From Mycobacterium sp. (GTDB taxonomy: Bacteria; Actinomycetota; Actinomycetes; Mycobacteriales; Mycobacteriaceae), in the NCBI GenBank assembly GCA_028706695.1, contig JAQTVU010000001.1, forward strand, positions 1 through 39,024: 39,024 bases of DNA, read 5' to 3'. Position numbers and translations under genes: made by a program. The notes under the pieces were generated by a model. It was not told the origin of the DNA. It did not search any database and saw only the letters and a list, made by a program, of their open reading frames with translations. This document shows positions 9,567 to 18,426 of this stretch, piece after piece. Every line of letters starts with the position of its first letter. Positions within the stretch are counted from its first letter, which is position 1.

Positions 9567-10013
9567 GCGCTACCGCGTCAAGCTAGGCTAGCTTGTATAG
9601 CACTGCAAGAAGGCCTATTGACGATAGCCACGCAAGGCGTGATAGCGATCCCTTTGTACTGTCACCGTGACGAAACTGAAAGCGCCAGGTAGCCCCACGA
9701 CGGTCGCGGCTTCTCCCGCGACCGGCCCCTAATTTTGCCGCGCTTGAAAAGCCTGACTGTAGTCTCCTGTCTTCCGCGGTAAGAAGCGCTGCACCGATGT
9801 TCACCGGAGCCGCCACTAACTCATGCGGCCCCAGTGGCGGGCAGGCGCTGTCCGAACTGGCAGTCAGCGGCGTGTCGAGTACCGGCTAGTCGCCAGCGAG
9901 ACAGCGGAACTACGAGCCAGGCATCGGCCTAGCCGCCTGCTCGCGAAAAACAAGATGCCCGAATGTAATTGACACTCTCCGGGAAAACGGCGTTCCAGTC
10001 ATAGACTTGCTGC

Positions 10014-10352
10014 ATGGATGACCAGCACCGGCCGCGGATGTGGTGGCTACTCGCGGTAATTGCGACCGCGGCGGCATGGCTGGTCGGCGCCTACATGCCC
10101 TCAGTGTCGAGTGTGTGGGTTCGGCTGAACGTGCTGACCGCCGCCGGCCACCGCCACCTCGCCGCCCTTCCGTTCGCCTACCCTGCGGTCGGAGTCGACG
10201 GCGACACCCTGTGCTCCCTGCTCGGAGTCCTGCTCATAGTGGCCGCGGCGGTGCGCTGGATCAGCTACTTCGAGCGTCACACACCGCCGCCGCTGGTGCC
10301 GCCCCCGAGCACGCCGGCGCTGCCAACGCCGCCGCCATCACCGCAACGATGA
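10014..10352 (+). CDS. Small 2-TM membrane protein with Pro-rich tail
   Basis: Two hydrophobic helices; TAGACT (10002-10007) 6 nt before the ATG suggests a leaderless transcript. Confidence 0.65.
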   Translation: MDDQHRPRMWWLLAVIATAAAWLVGAYMPSVSSVWVRLNVLTAAGHRHLAALPFAYPAVGVDGDTLCSLLGVLLIVAAAVRWISYFERHTPPPLVPPPSTPALPTPPPSPQR

Positions 10353-10386
10353 ACGCGCACAAGCTAATTAGTAGGAGGGGAAACCG

Positions 10387-10848
10387 ATGACCGACCAGAT
10401 CGCCGCCAATATCCCAACACTTCGTAACGTCGCCGCCCAACTCGCCAGCGCGGCCAGCGACTTCGAGGCGCTGCTACCCGAATTCAAAGAACTTGAGGCA
10501 GCTGCCCGCAAAGAGGCGTCAGCCAACACCGTCGACGGCAGCGCAGCCCCCATCTATGCGCCGCTGCTCGCGTCGTTGGCGACAGTCGGCTCGAGGGTTG
10601 CCACCCAAATCGGCCAACTGCACCACAACGTCGCCGGCGACGCAGCGGCACTATCCAAGTTCGCCGACGACCTCGAGCACACCGACCAGAGCCACGGCCA
10701 GAAGATCAACGGGATCACCATCACCTCAGCCGCCGGGCCCGCGGCCGGCCCACACCTACCAGCGGCACCCCAACACACGCCCGCACCGGCGCGGAGCCCA
10801 TTCGGCCCGATCGGCGACATCGTTAAAGGCGAATTCGGCGTCGACTAG
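10387..10848 (+). CDS. Helical-hairpin T7SS substrate-like protein, copy 2 (C-terminally extended paralog of 9222..9566)
   Basis: About 70% identity by manual alignment; AGGAGG RBS. Confidence 0.7.
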   Translation: MTDQIAANIPTLRNVAAQLASAASDFEALLPEFKELEAAARKEASANTVDGSAAPIYAPLLASLATVGSRVATQIGQLHHNVAGDAAALSKFADDLEHTDQSHGQKINGITITSAAGPAAGPHLPAAPQHTPAPARSPFGPIGDIVKGEFGVD

Positions 10849-10899
10849 GGGTGGCGCCTGCCCGGAAGGTCAGGCCGTAAGTTCAAGTACCGCAGACGG

Positions 10900-11964
10900 T
10901 CACACCGTCGTGGCGCCGAAGCGCCGGAACTCTGATCCCGGAGAGAGTGGGCTGATCTTCACCGTCTGGCCCGATGACGGCGCCTCAAGTACCTGACCGT
11001 TGCCCAGATAAATTTGCACGTGCCCCGGGGGCCGGCCGGCTGAAGCAGGAAATGCGAGATCGCCTGGCATAGGCTGGCTTACGGCCATACCGGCCGCATA
11101 CTGGGCTTCGGACGACCGGGGGATCTCGACGCCTTTTAGTTGGCCGGTCACATACCGTGACAGCCCGGAGCAGTCGAAGCCGATCTTGTGGAAGTCTCCG
11201 GCGCGGTCTGCGGGGCCCCCGCCGTCTGAGATGCCTTGTGAGGGACCGGACATTGATCCGCCACCCCAGGCATAGGGGATGCCGAGGACGTTTTTGGCGA
11301 TGTCGTTCAGTCGAGCGCTGCCACCGCTGCTCATCACCAGGCTGGCTGGGCCGCCGTCGAATCCGTTGGAGGCGTTCGCTTTCGCGAGCATGCTGTCGAG
11401 CATCTGCCCGCCGCCCGGCCCGGAAAGCATCGACTGGAATGGGGCCGTCATCCCGGATACTCCCGACAGCGGCGACGACAGCGCTGACGGAAGTGATTCC
11501 GCGCCTTGCTGGGCGGCTTGGGCGAGTGAGGGCAGGATGTTCGCGGTCTGATTCATCGGCATCGATGACTGATAAGGCGATGCTTTCGCGAGGTCGGCTG
11601 CGGTGAGTCGTGGGGCGTCGAGGTTGCGGAGGGTGTCGCCGCCGGCGGGGCCGCGCCCCCCGCCGCCTCTTGTCGAGTCCTGTGCGTCGGGCCCGGAACC
11701 GATCTTGCTGCCGCTGTTCTTATCGGTGTCGCCCATGCCGTTGGCGGCGTCGGCGCCAGTGCGAGACTGGTCGGATCCTTTGCGGACGTTCTGGTCGATG
11801 TTCGACGAGGCCGAGTCGGCCGAGGTAGAGAATGCAGGATCCACGCCGGAGCCGCCACCGGCGGCGGGCGCTTCGCCCACCAGGCCGTCCAGCTTTGCGG
11901 AGGTCCCGCCGAAGACCCCTGCAGCCTCGGCCGGATTGAGCTTGATATCGCCGGTTGCCATCAC
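10900..11964 (-). CDS. NlpC/P60 (C40) peptidoglycan endopeptidase with helical N-terminal domain
   Basis: PYAWGGG, GFDCSGL, GHVQIYLG, VLEAP (Cys-His-Glu as in RipA/RipB-type enzymes); no Sec signal peptide; GGAGG RBS. Confidence 0.92.
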   Translation of the reverse strand: MMATGDIKLNPAEAAGVFGGTSAKLDGLVGEAPAAGGGSGVDPAFSTSADSASSNIDQNVRKGSDQSRTGADAANGMGDTDKNSGSKIGSGPDAQDSTRGGGGRGPAGGDTLRNLDAPRLTAADLAKASPYQSSMPMNQTANILPSLAQAAQQGAESLPSALSSPLSGVSGMTAPFQSMLSGPGGGQMLDSMLAKANASNGFDGGPASLVMSSGGSARLNDIAKNVLGIPYAWGGGSMSGPSQGISDGGGPADRAGDFHKIGFDCSGLSRYVTGQLKGVEIPRSSEAQYAAGMAVSQPMPGDLAFPASAGRPPGHVQIYLGNGQVLEAPSSGQTVKISPLSPGSEFRRFGATTV

Positions 11965-12164
11965 GCCTCCCCAAAGAGCGCGGTCGCGCTCGTGTGCAGC
12001 TTTGCTCTGCCTGGCAGTTGGCGCCAGTTAGCCGGATCATACTCAGCTGGCTGTGTCATTCGACCGTTCGGCGCTAATTGAACTCAGTGTATTCCGAACT
12101 AGCGTCTCGTTTTTCGCTTATCCGCGGGCATCGCGCAACAGCGGAAGAATCGAGCTGGGCGGAG

Positions 12165-12350
12165 TTAGCCAAGCTTGACCGGGCGACCCAGCGCGGCCAG
12201 CAGCTCGCCTACCTTCGATGAGAGCTGCGCCGCTTCATGGTCCCCGGGGTGACCGAAATCGTCGGGATCTGCCGCGTGCTCATACTCCGAGTGCCAGTGG
12301 GCGATCTCGTCGAGAATCTGGTTGATCTGCGGATCATTTCCGATGCTCAC
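12165..12350 (-). CDS. Small acidic hypothetical protein (61 aa)
   Basis: GTG 12350 preceded 6 nt upstream by TACATT -10; SIGNDPQINQILDEIAHWHSEY... Confidence 0.6.
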   Translation of the reverse strand: MSIGNDPQINQILDEIAHWHSEYEHAADPDDFGHPGDHEAAQLSSKVGELLAALGRPVKLG

Positions 12351-12430
12351 GCGCGCAATGTAGCAACGCCTGCATCGCAACTGGTCGACGACAGGCCAAC
12401 CAGCCCCGGAGACTGTTCCTAGGATTCATC

Positions 12431-12500
12431 GCATGTAACGCGCGCACTGCATGTAACGCATCTATAGCAGCGCTTGCGTACGGTGTACGCATTGCAGTGC
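12431..12500. repeat. Direct and inverted repeat cluster
   Basis: GCATGTAACGC x2 (12431-12441, 12449-12459); TGCGTAC-ggt-GTACGCA (12475-12491); GCACTGCA/TGCAGTGC (12444-12451/12493-12500). Confidence 0.8.
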
Positions 12501-12511
12501 TAGGCGGTATA

Positions 12512-12585
12512 GCGTGCCGCGTGCCGCGTGCCGCGTGCCGCGTGCCGCGTGCCGCGTGCCGCGTGCCGCGTGCCGCGTGCCGCGT
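12512..12585. repeat. Perfect heptamer tandem repeat (GCGTGCC)x10 plus 4 nt
   Basis: Counted directly. Confidence 0.97.
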
Positions 12586-12649
12586 TACGCGTCAGTGACT
12601 GGCTGGGCGCCGTCGAAAAATCCGCCGCGACACGGCCGACGTCTCCAAA

Positions 12650-12943
12650 ATGGCTTCACCTGCGCGGCACGCTGCTCATAGCAGGAGATCACCGGCTCAC
12701 GCCAACACCTCGGAGGGAACCATTACTACTGGAAGCGATCTCGGCGACATCGTCACGGGCATGTTGCAGACCAGCGAACTGCCGTTAGGCACCGTGCTTC
12801 GCGCACTCCTTGCGCGAGGAGTGTCTCGCGCCGTCGCCGACAACACCATCGACGCTCTTGTTCACGGCGGCCGCATCGTCCTCACTGATACGCGCCGCCT
12901 GGCGCTGGTGCCCGCTGGTGCGCAACGAGCGGTGAGGCAGTAG
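12650..12943 (+). CDS. Hypothetical protein, possible winged helix
   Basis: LPLGTVLRALLARGVSRAVADNTIDALVHGGRIVL pattern; start uncertain. Confidence 0.5.
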   Translation: MASPARHAAHSRRSPAHANTSEGTITTGSDLGDIVTGMLQTSELPLGTVLRALLARGVSRAVADNTIDALVHGGRIVLTDTRRLALVPAGAQRAVRQ

Positions 12944-12948
12944 GCCGG

Positions 12949-13146
12949 GTGGTGATCCCAGTTTCTGACGCTGGCTTGCCGCTGCCGACGCACTACCGCG
13001 ACGACGATCCCTACAGTCGCCACCTCGGCAAACTCTGCGAGCACTCGGGCACCGGCGACATGAGCGCGGGCTGCCCCCGAGGTTGTGAGGGGGCCCGCAC
13101 GCACTACGCCAACGACGGTCACCCGCAATGCGACGATGCCGAATGA
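12949..13146 (+). CDS. Small Cys/His-rich hypothetical protein
   Basis: Starts 5 nt after the previous stop; CEH..CPRGC..H..C. Confidence 0.45.
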   Translation: MVIPVSDAGLPLPTHYRDDDPYSRHLGKLCEHSGTGDMSAGCPRGCEGARTHYANDGHPQCDDAE

Positions 13147-13591
13147 GCACCGCAATCCGGAAGCCCACCTGGTCGAGATCATCCACAGCCAAGGCAAGGC
13201 CTCAGTCGGCAGATTCGTCGACCCGAAAGATGTGTCAGCCGGCGGAGCCATGGCCGCCGTAATCGGCCTTGCCTGATCGACGGTGAAGACTTGACGCTGG
13301 TTGCCGCTGACGTCCGCAGACCGTTATATCGCAGCGCCGCATACACTTTCGAACTGAGTGAAATCGTTCAGTTGGTCGACCTGACGTTGGTATCCGACCG
13401 GCGTGCTCGATGGCCAGATCGTCGAGTATCGGCCCAACGACACGACCTCCGTCGACGGATATCTACCGTTCGAAGCCCCAAAATGCGCGAAGCCCGAGCG
13501 CCACGGTCGTCCGGCCGGGTCTCGGGCTCACTTTCTGTGGCTATTGCCGCAGACTCAGTAATGATAGCACTGTCGGGAGTGGTGCGTGGTG

Positions 13592-13831
13592 TTAGTCACG
13601 GCGTGTTGCGACGTGGGTGACGCGTAGCAGGCCGACGTTCCATCGCTCCCGGGTGCCGGTCAACTGCGCGCCGGCCAGGTTGATTCCGTCGTCGCCCCAG
13701 TCGATGTAGACCAAGCTCGGGTCGTCGTGCTGAACCTCGACGACGCGACCGTTTTGCCGAGCGCGCCAATAGTTGTCGCGGAATTCGGGGTCGAGTTCGA
13801 GGGCAACGGAGTCGTGCAGTTGGGCGGTCAT
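13592..13831 (-). CDS. Hypothetical protein (79 aa)
   Basis: MTAQLHDSVAL...; starts 2 nt after the stop of the upstream gene. Confidence 0.65.
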   Translation of the reverse strand: MTAQLHDSVALELDPEFRDNYWRARQNGRVVEVQHDDPSLVYIDWGDDGINLAGAQLTGTRERWNVGLLRVTHVATRRD

Positions 13832-13833
13832 GT

Positions 13834-14178
13834 TCAGGCGATCTGTTCGGCGTTGAGGCTGGTGCGTTTCCAGCCGTCGAACCTGGAGAGTCCGAAGGCT
13901 GTTTCGCCGATGACGATGACGTCGCCGACGCTCAGGCTGGGATGGCGGTCTGCGCGATACTGGTGCGCCCACACTTCGGTGGGATGATCGACGTTCAGTT
14001 GCTCCCACACGAATTCGAGTGCCTGGGTCGGGATGCCGGCTGAGGTGACCTGTGCGACCAGCCGGGGGTCCAGTGTGAACACGGCCGCTTTGGCCAGCGG
14101 ATCGCCGGGCTGGTAGCCCCTGAAGTAGCGGTCCTCGCCTTGGTTCACGTAGACCGTGATCTCGATACCTTGTGACAC
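13834..14178 (-). CDS. Hypothetical protein (114 aa)
   Basis: AAGGGGG RBS; PSLSVGDVIVIG motif. Confidence 0.75.
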   Translation of the reverse strand: MSQGIEITVYVNQGEDRYFRGYQPGDPLAKAAVFTLDPRLVAQVTSAGIPTQALEFVWEQLNVDHPTEVWAHQYRADRHPSLSVGDVIVIGETAFGLSRFDGWKRTSLNAEQIA

Positions 14179-14220
14179 GTGTTCCCCCTTGATGTTTCGG
14201 TTCTCGGCTAGGGTTTGGCG

Positions 14221-14463
14221 TCAGGCGGTGGCGGCCATCGTCCCCGGCGGCCCGCCACCGCTTGCGTTCGCCGGGGCCAGTGGAAGCGGCTCGCAGCAGC
14301 CCCCGTGTTCTGCCGCGTAGCGCCGCGCCTCGTCGGCCTCGGCGGCGGTGAATGCGCGTACCGCTGCCGGGTCGCCGGGAACGCAGACCAAAATGGTCAA
14401 GGCGTCGAGTTCGGCGAGTGGCTGCCGGGGCGGAATGTGAAGCTCAGTTCTCTTCTGGGGCAT
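14221..14463 (-). CDS. Hypothetical protein (80 aa)
   Basis: Start overlaps the upstream stop (TGATG). Confidence 0.7.
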   Translation of the reverse strand: MPQKRTELHIPPRQPLAELDALTILVCVPGDPAAVRAFTAAEADEARRYAAEHGGCCEPLPLAPANASGGGPPGTMAATA

Positions 14464-14825
14464 CAGTTCTCACTTTCGGGGCGTCCCCCCGCGCCGGTCC
14501 GGCCTTGTGGGCATTCGGGCGCCCACAGGCGCATTGCGTCGTCCAGGACGGCACATAGGCGCCGGCACGCACCGATCAGGTTGCTCGCGTGGCCGCATTG
14601 CTCCACGCGACGTATCTCGTCGTTGAATTTGTCGAGCTGCGTGCGCAGGTGGACGGCAATCGCGGGGCCAGGCAGTGCGCAGTCGTGTAAGAGGAAGCGA
14701 TCAACCAACTGGGTTAGTGCCTGGGCTTCGGCGACGATGGAAGAATGAAATCCGGGCCGGTCCCAGCGGCCTGCGATGGCGACCGTGTAGTCGCGTGCTG
14801 TCTGAATGGCTGCTCTTGTGGTCAT
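14463..14825 (-). CDS. Hypothetical protein (120 aa)
   Basis: MTTRAAIQTARDY...; fits between its operon neighbours. Confidence 0.65.
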   Translation of the reverse strand: MTTRAAIQTARDYTVAIAGRWDRPGFHSSIVAEAQALTQLVDRFLLHDCALPGPAIAVHLRTQLDKFNDEIRRVEQCGHASNLIGACRRLCAVLDDAMRLWAPECPQGRTGAGGRPESEN

Positions 14826-14841
14826 GGTGCGGCCTGCAGGA

Positions 14842-15270
14842 TTAGAGCGGGAAGTCGTGGATAGGAACGGTGTTCGGGGCGCCGAGCGCGACAACAGTGG
14901 CGGGCAGTGTTGCGTCGCGGTGCCCGCGCGCGAGTCCGCCATTGTTCAGGCGGTACCGGCCGGCCGCGGCGTCGTACAGCGCCGGAGTCAGATACCAGGA
15001 ACGGCCAGTCGGTGCGCCGAGGAATCCGTCGCGCCGAAACTCGCTCGAGCGCTGACCAGAGTCGAGGTCGATGGTGGTGTGCTCTGTGGCCCAATCGACC
15101 GATACCAGCGCGTAGAGGGTTTCAGGGGAGTGCTCGTCGGGTCGAACGTGATGGCCGGTGAATAGCTGCTCGAGCAGCGTGCCGGGCTGGGGGTGGCGTG
15201 GGAACGAGTGCACGTATCCGACGAGGACGATCGGGTCCCCGGTGGTCGGAATCGCCGTCTGGTCAGCCAT
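14842..15270 (-). CDS. Hypothetical protein (142 aa)
   Basis: First gene of a five-gene minus-strand run; GGGGGG before the ATG. Confidence 0.7.
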   Translation of the reverse strand: MADQTAIPTTGDPIVLVGYVHSFPRHPQPGTLLEQLFTGHHVRPDEHSPETLYALVSVDWATEHTTIDLDSGQRSSEFRRDGFLGAPTGRSWYLTPALYDAAAGRYRLNNGGLARGHRDATLPATVVALGAPNTVPIHDFPL

Positions 15271-15519
15271 GGCCCCCCGCTATGTCGTGATGTAAGCGCA
15301 GCTCAGGACTCGCCAGATCGGGTCAAGTGGCTGCAGTTTTCCCTGTCAGCGGCCACGCTAGGCACGCCGCACCGCGGCTCGTCGATCCGACACGTTTCAG
15401 GCCCCACGAATTAGCCGCTCGTTGGAAAAACAATGCTCGACACGCGACTGGTCAGTCCGGGTCGTCCTCGCCAGTCGCACTATTGGGTTCCGGGAGGCGG
15501 CGAAAGGAGGGGGCACGCC

Positions 15520-15750
15520 ATGGCGACGATCGAGATCAAGGCGGCCGATGTTCAGGTGGGCGACGTCGTCCACATCACCGCAGGAGTCGCCGGTCGTGTG
15601 GACAGGGTCATCGGCGTTACCGAGAAGACGATCGCTTACGACTTCACCTACACGCGGTGTGACCCGTACCCCATTTCGGTGGGGACAAGCCGGTCGAACA
15701 CGCATCTCCATCGCACGATGATTGAAGTCGATAGGCCGGCCCAAGGATGA
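15520..15750 (+). CDS. Small beta-rich (KOW/SH3-like) hypothetical protein
   Basis: AAAGGAGG RBS; AADVQVGDVVHI...GRV motif. Confidence 0.75.
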   Translation: MATIEIKAADVQVGDVVHITAGVAGRVDRVIGVTEKTIAYDFTYTRCDPYPISVGTSRSNTHLHRTMIEVDRPAQG

Positions 15751-15869
15751 TCCGCCTGATCAACCGGATCGGTTGGCCATTCAATCAGCCCCTGATCTGG
15801 ATTCACGAGCGAACCAGCAAGTGCACCGGCTGCGGTAGGCGATGCGATGGACGCTGTGGTCGTTGGTGA
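15747..15869 (+). pseudogene. Tiny Cys-rich ORF interrupted by a 1-nt frameshift
   Basis: ATGA-coupled MIRLINRIGWPFNQ continues in a shifted frame as ALIWIHERTSKCTGCGRRCDGRCGRW*. Confidence 0.4.
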
Positions 15870-15924
15870 CAGAAATATCGAATTATCGTGCACCGCACAG
15901 TGATCGCTAGGAAGGGGTGGGGGA

Positions 15925-16227
15925 GTGAACTATCCGGCTGACATCCTCAACAATGACGGCGAGTGGGGGCGGGTCCACCTCGGCCACAGCCTGGACCGAG
16001 AGCAGCTTCGGAAGGATCTGCTCGAATCCAACGTCGAGACGCCGCCGCGCGATGACGCCGGCATCGTCGTTGAAGAGGTGCACTTCGGCTACCTGCCGCG
16101 CGTGAAGTGGTGCGCCGATTACGTGATGGGCGGCTGTGATTTGGCCGGTGAGTGGCACAGCCACTGGTATTCGGTGCAGCCACAGCGTCCCGAGAACGCG
16201 ATGACCCTGGTCCGCTGGGCAGCCTGA
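15925..16227 (+). CDS. Hypothetical protein (100 aa)
   Basis: Purine-rich RBS; part of the plus-strand small-gene run. Confidence 0.7.
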   Translation: MNYPADILNNDGEWGRVHLGHSLDREQLRKDLLESNVETPPRDDAGIVVEEVHFGYLPRVKWCADYVMGGCDLAGEWHSHWYSVQPQRPENAMTLVRWAA

Positions 16228-16253
16228 CGTTTCGGTGTTGAAAGGTCTCTCCG

Positions 16254-16583
16254 ATGAATGACCCCGTTGACGTGATCGCCAAACGCTTTTCCACCGAAAT
16301 TGTTGGGCGCACCGGCGACTCCAACGGCGGCCGCCTCAGCGGCACAACCGCTATGGGGCTCGCACGACTCGCCGTCGAGACCCTGCGGCTGGCTGGATTC
16401 GCGGTGATCGAACTCCCGGAAGACACAGCGCCCTTCCGCGTTGATGAGGACGGCGACATATGGGACGACGATATGAATTGCGTCTACACGCCACTTGAAG
16501 CCGAAATCACCGCCGCCCGAATGCACGCCTGCGCAACGCAATCACGTGAACTCGCAGACGCAGACCAAGCAAGGAAGCCATGA
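16254..16583 (+). CDS. Hypothetical protein (109 aa), phage-like
   Basis: AVETLRLAGFAVIELPE motif; coupled to the next gene. Confidence 0.7.
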   Translation: MNDPVDVIAKRFSTEIVGRTGDSNGGRLSGTTAMGLARLAVETLRLAGFAVIELPEDTAPFRVDEDGDIWDDDMNCVYTPLEAEITAARMHACATQSRELADADQARKP

Positions 16584-16879
16584 GCAACCTGAGCGATCTG
16601 ATTGAGCGCGCACGGTACTGCCGCGAGTACGGCAATTTCGATGCGCTGCATGCGGAGCTACTCGACATGGTCGAGTTTCTAGACCAAGAGTTCACCGCGG
16701 AGCGCGACCGCGCTAGCGAGCACTTCGACGCGCGGATGGATGCGGAGGCGAAGTTGCGCATGGTGGGCGAGCTGTGCGCGCACCCATTCGACGTGTTACA
16801 GGTCGAGCAGGAAGACGGCACTGTCGTCGACACTGCGGTCGTGGCAGTAATCGATATCCGCGCCGCCGGGCTGTCGTGA
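16580..16879 (+). CDS. Hypothetical protein (99 aa), phage-like
   Basis: AAGGA RBS; ATGA overlap. Confidence 0.7.
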   Translation: MSNLSDLIERARYCREYGNFDALHAELLDMVEFLDQEFTAERDRASEHFDARMDAEAKLRMVGELCAHPFDVLQVEQEDGTVVDTAVVAVIDIRAAGLS

Positions 16880-16938
16880 GCTTGAGGTGAGACCCGAATG
16901 AAAAGCACCGCACGGTTATCGGCCAAGAGGGGGACACC

Positions 16939-17121
16939 ATGACGACCCACGAACTGACGGGAGTCAAGACCTTCGAGGTCCGCAAGGCAGACGAGCTACC
17001 GAAGCGCTGGTGCCATAACGCCTTGAATCAGTGCGTGATCGCGGCCGCGGATGCCGCCGCGTGTCTGTGCGACACACTCGCCGCGCCAACGGGGTCCGCA
17101 AATCCCGAAAAGCTGCCCTGA
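16939..17121 (+). CDS. Small Cys-containing hypothetical protein
   Basis: GAGGGGG RBS 5 nt before the ATG. Confidence 0.55.
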   Translation: MTTHELTGVKTFEVRKADELPKRWCHNALNQCVIAAADAAACLCDTLAAPTGSANPEKLP

Positions 17122-17143
17122 ACGCGAGAAGGATCACCTCAAC

Positions 17144-17632
17144 GTGGACCACCAGGATGACGTTCACCGGCACGCAGCGGTATCGGCTGTGTCGACACCG
17201 AACCGCGCCCCCACCGCTGCCGACTGCGCCCGCCCCGGCGAGCAGGCCGAACTCGAGCTGTGGCCACGCCAGCACGACCTGCCACCCCGATGGGACGGCC
17301 TGCTTGTCGAATGGGATGAATGGTCCCCTACCTCTGGCATGTTCATTTGCCCGCCGCCGCGCGAGGAGCGCTGCTCGCACTGCGGAAGGACCGGCGCTCC
17401 GCTGATCAATCTCGGCCGTGTTTGGACTGATCCGACGGGCGCCCCTCCGGCGCTCGGCATCGCGCGCCTGCGCGCCGGCGGGCAGCTCGTCGCCACTATC
17501 TCCGCGTTCCGGTGCGTCACGTGCCGGCATGACTACGTCCTCGACGGAAAAGGCCAGGCCTGGGACCTCGATCAAACCGACTACACCGATGCCGGCTCAC
17601 GGGTCGTCGGCGGACCGGCGGAAAAGGACTAG
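17144..17632 (+). CDS. Zinc-ribbon-type hypothetical protein
   Basis: AAGGA RBS; CSHC and CVTC pairs. Confidence 0.7.
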   Translation: MDHQDDVHRHAAVSAVSTPNRAPTAADCARPGEQAELELWPRQHDLPPRWDGLLVEWDEWSPTSGMFICPPPREERCSHCGRTGAPLINLGRVWTDPTGAPPALGIARLRAGGQLVATISAFRCVTCRHDYVLDGKGQAWDLDQTDYTDAGSRVVGGPAEKD

Positions 17633-17638
17633 TCCGCA

Positions 17639-17794
17639 ATGAGCAAAATCCTCGACCACGCACCCTCGCCAGGCCCTGTCGTGGTGTGGCGCCGCCTGTG
17701 CTTCCAATGCGGCAATCCAGTAGCCGAACACGGCTGTTGGTGGGAACGGGCGCTCTACCGCCGCCGGCGGTCCCGGAAAGCGAAACCGGTATGA
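17639..17794 (+). CDS. Small basic CxxC protein (51 aa, not in ORF track)
   Basis: AAAGGA RBS; MSKILDHAP...CFQCGNPVAEHGCWWERALYRRRR...*. Confidence 0.55.
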   Translation: MSKILDHAPSPGPVVVWRRLCFQCGNPVAEHGCWWERALYRRRRSRKAKPV

Positions 17795-17949
17795 CGCCCC
17801 GGACGGCCTGCGCACTGGCGCAGCACCGCAACCCGCGACCGCCTCCTCACCGCGCCCTCATCCCGAACCCGCCGCGCGCCAGGCGACACCACAACCCAGC
17901 CCGCTGTATCAACCACGCCCACTAGATGAAACCGAAAGAACCCCTACCT

Positions 17950-18147
17950 ATGTCAGGTAGCAAGGCCACGCTGTTCGACTGCATCGAAGCGTACGACTCC
18001 TACGATGGCGACAACGTCGATTACTTCATTCGTACCTGGGAAAAGATCCTGGCCGGTGAGGAATTCCCCTGCCCGGCTACCGCCGACGGCCTGCACCAGG
18101 TCACGGATGGTTCCTGCGACATGTGCGGCGACAAAAACCGCAACTGA
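17950..18147 (+). CDS. Small acidic protein with C..H..CxxC
   Basis: CPATADGLHQVTDGSCDMCG. Confidence 0.6.
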   Translation: MSGSKATLFDCIEAYDSYDGDNVDYFIRTWEKILAGEEFPCPATADGLHQVTDGSCDMCGDKNRN

Positions 18148-18205
18148 CCACACCAACGACCCGACACATAGACCCACCTATACGCCCGCTTAGAGAGGAA
18201 GAGAC

Positions 18206-18388
18206 GTGCCCGTGGGGGAAACCGGCCGAATACACTGCAACAGAGGTGATTACGACGCACCCATCGGCGGCCCATACGGCATACCGGAATCACTGGTGCG
18301 CAAGTGCATCGAAAACCACGAGAGAGCCTTTACGGATCATCACTGCGAGATCCGCATGCACGCCGACAAGGCAGAACACCGCGCATAA
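18206..18388 (+). CDS. Small Cys/His hypothetical protein
   Basis: GAGAGGA RBS; GTG start. Confidence 0.55.
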   Translation: MPVGETGRIHCNRGDYDAPIGGPYGIPESLVRKCIENHERAFTDHHCEIRMHADKAEHRA

Positions 18389-18426
18389 GGCTGTTCGGCA
18401 GCACCACCCGACGGTCTACTGAGCGT

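Noticed and set aside
9583-9816. 77-aa minus-strand ORF
   Set aside because: No RBS or recognisable motif; atypical composition
9969-9974. TTGACA as the -35 for the 10014 gene
   Set aside because: It is 27 nt from the TAGACT -10, too far for a standard promoter
12512-12585. CRISPR array or the RAACRVP-repeat protein (12528..12788)
   Set aside because: There are no spacers or cas genes; the ORF is a translation of the heptamer repeat
15520-18388. Prophage
   Set aside because: No integrase, terminase, capsid, tail or lysis genes in the window
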